From positions 15,066,001 through 15,130,000 of the forward strand of contig JBHGNT010000009.1 in the NCBI GenBank assembly GCA_043228905.1: 64,000 bases of DNA. The letters are read 5' to 3'. The position numbers and the translations under genes are program-made. Positions within the stretch are counted from its first letter, which is position 1. Each line of letters starts with the position of its first letter. Positions 61,241 to 64,000 of this stretch are shown here, piece after piece. The notes below the pieces were generated by a model. It saw only the letters and a program-made list of their open reading frames with translations. It searched no databases and was not told the origin of the DNA. Source of the stretch: Azolla caroliniana (Eukaryota; Plantae; Polypodiophyta).

Positions 61241-64000
61241 CCCAAATTGTCAATCTATTGCCACATGTATTCTTCGAGTGCTTGTGCTTACCATGTGCTT
61301 ATGCTTAAAATACTTGATTGTAAAAGTTTGTAAAACAACCCTTCAACATTTTAATGTCGAGAATTGAACATTTCATCCTCACCCCCTAGGGCCAAAAGAA
61401 AAGGTGGACAATATCATTTTGGGTTAAAAGCATTTTCAACAAAAAGATAGGAACATTAATGATCATGAACAAGCTACATCATTATTGGTGATGGAATTAT
61501 TATTTTTCCATTGCATTGACATCTTGTTCCCTAAAACATTGATAAGTAATACAATAATACCATTCCAACCATGAATGGAGTTTTGTTTTACTAAAGTGAC
61601 ATGCTTAAGATACATATCCAATATATATATGACTTTTGTGTTCCTTGTGCACTACTACCGCGTCTAGCCTAGAATCACTCCATAATAATTATGATTTTCA
61701 TTTTCATACTCCACAAGTGTACGATTAAAGTTGTGACGACTATGCCAAGTTACAAGAATCAATCCATAATTTTTAGGTTTATCACTTTTATACCCAATAA
61801 GAATATGATAAAAGTTGTGAAGTTATATTGTGTTATTGAGCTAGAATAATCAAAAGATAGAAAATGTAGACCATGCCTACTGAATGAAATTAATATTTTT
61901 ATTACGTCAAATCATTATAACCTATTATGATACATGAAAAGTGAACGTAAAATATATACACAACTACCGCGACAAATAGAACTTCCAGTTATTCTTGAGA
62001 CTCAAGCCTATAAATATATATAGTATGATTATCAATATAATCCTTTTAAGTTACAAAATTTATATTCATTCATTTCCGTATTGTGATTTCACACATTAAA
62101 ACAAATAAGAATATCAGCTCTCATGAAAATAATGTTTCTTTATATTTATATGCAATATTTATCCTATCTATGATGCTACATAACTACGTCTACTACAAAG
62201 TCATATACACAAGAGAATTGGTAAACATTTCATACTCTTGATGTAAATGCAATTACATAAAAAATGATGATGCACTTAATATGCATTCACTTTATTAAAT
62301 GGATAAATTCCTTCTATAGTTTAATGGGCAAAACTTCTTTTACATGTTTTCAAGATTTAGCAGCATTAATTAGCGGTATATTTTCAGTTGTTTTTACTTG
62401 TGCGATTAAATTTTATCTTGTAAGTACCAAGTTGATAGTGCCACATTGAAATATGGTATATCCATATGCATTTGTGGCAATGGTGGTGGCCATCATTATG
62501 TATGAAATATGCTTTGATAAGTCTTTTTAGTTGAAGGGTCTTTGGGGAATCTATACTCATTTAGTCTTTTTCCTTATAAATAAGCGAAAATGTGATGTTG
62601 TACAATAAATTCTAGCAAAGCGATAAACTCATTCACGGCTTGGAAGTGGAGCATGATCATGTACATGTTGCAGCCAAGGATGACTTGCCTGCTAGCATGT
62701 TGTGTGATGCTTGTTGATTATGATAAATACTACGTGATGACAAAAGTTGTCCACATATGGTAATTATATTATTTGCATATTTTCATGTGATTACACACCA
62801 CATTATCCATAAAAAATATGATGTTCTTAGATACATTTTTGGGTTGATGTACATTTGAACAAATGACTTTTCAGTGAGCAAGTTGTTCTTGGCTACAATA
62901 CATGATCTGCCCTATTTCCAAGCTTCTTCATGATCAAAATGGAGTTATTTTCTAATATCCACTCCACTTTCCTCAAATGTGTTCATGGTTGTTGGATATT
63001 TATTTTAGGTAAATTATAAAGAATAGTCTTCATATTAAGGTTCATGTTGAAAAGCATTCTACCATGTTAAAAAAAACATAACATAGCTTAGTAATAATCA
63101 TCCCTGATTAATAATTCTTTCCACCATGTTTCACATGTGTCACTCCTTTGTCTGACTAATCATTTTGAGGTTATCATTAAATTGCATTAATTATATCATT
63201 GTTTTTCCTAAATGTAGACCATTTTTTTTCCCAAAATAACACTACTCTACATTACTTAGCAAACAAAGTACATCAAAGACCAACAAATTTTAGCAAACCT
63301 CACTCTGGCTTACTCGCCAAAGTGGTCATAGTCCCCACCTCATTTACAACAAAAGTATCCCAACAACTCCTATAACCTAGTAATTAACTTGTACCACATC
63401 TATACATATTTATAGCTCCTGGTCACTAATGTGAGCCATTGGCGGAAACATCCATCTGGGTGCTTGGTAGTTCCATTTAGGCCTTGATGATGATTTGACC
63501 ACCATAGGAGAACTACCCCATTTTAGCAAAAACTTTGACCGAGCTCTTTCTCCCGCATCTGATTTCCAAATGTAGACTTGACCATATCTTCCTTTATATT
63601 ATGGGTATGGTGCATAATTCATGTATATATATTATTACAATGGCTTTCACATCTTTATAGGCAACTTCAATTGTATATTTATGCACACATATGTAATATA
63701 TATTGTGTGAATGTATATAATGAATTAAATGAGCAAGTTAGTAATAGTTTTAGTAAGGCTCTCTATTGAAAAATATATGGAGTGATTATAAACAAAAGTG
63801 ATTCCAACTTAATGAGAAAATAGGTTTGAGACGAAAAGAAATCTATATTTTCATTTGCATATTTTCTAAATTGTTTATTGATTCAAAACATGCCTATTGT
63901 TTAACTTTTTAAAGATATTTTTTGGTAGAATATTTTTAAAATGAATAAGTGATGTTGGTCATCATTATATTTCAAACAATAATAATCAATTGGCTTTAGA

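Noticed and set aside
63540-63610. Protein-kinase glycine loop (KGRYGQVY on minus)
   Set aside because: In-frame stop immediately upstream and no other kinase motifs seen.

Overview
Gene-free, heavily nested LTR-retrotransposon block from a land plant, most likely a moss (inferred from Tcn1-type chromoviruses plus Bryco-like Copia). About 60 kb (1-60230) is stacked Ty1/Copia (Bryco-like, Tork-like) and Ty3/Gypsy (Tcn1 chromovirus, Athila/OTA-like, and a TGTCGTG-terminus group) elements. Six full-length insertions are delimited by LTR pairs and target-site duplications: 1317-11989, 5452-10247, 29323-36260, 39363-48836, 49164-59640 and 49679-55314. All coding regions are disrupted and no host gene or true RNA gene is supported. 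The last ~3.7 kb is AT-rich decayed sequence. Signals not explained by routine annotation: (i) tRNA-like Pol III A-box/B-box cassettes in the U3 of five different Gypsy-type LTRs, always antisense to the element's own promoter; (ii) a TGTCGTG...CACGACA LTR group that inserts at CpG-centred 4-bp targets and includes a pol-less element with a tRNA-Trp PBS; (iii) Tf1-style self-priming plus a conserved U3/R palindrome in the Tcn1 elements; (iv) two Athila-like elements with a conserved non-purine block where the PPT should be; (v) a conserved Pol C-terminal extension between two PPTs in the Bryco-like Copia. Lineage names are inferred from motifs; no database search was run.
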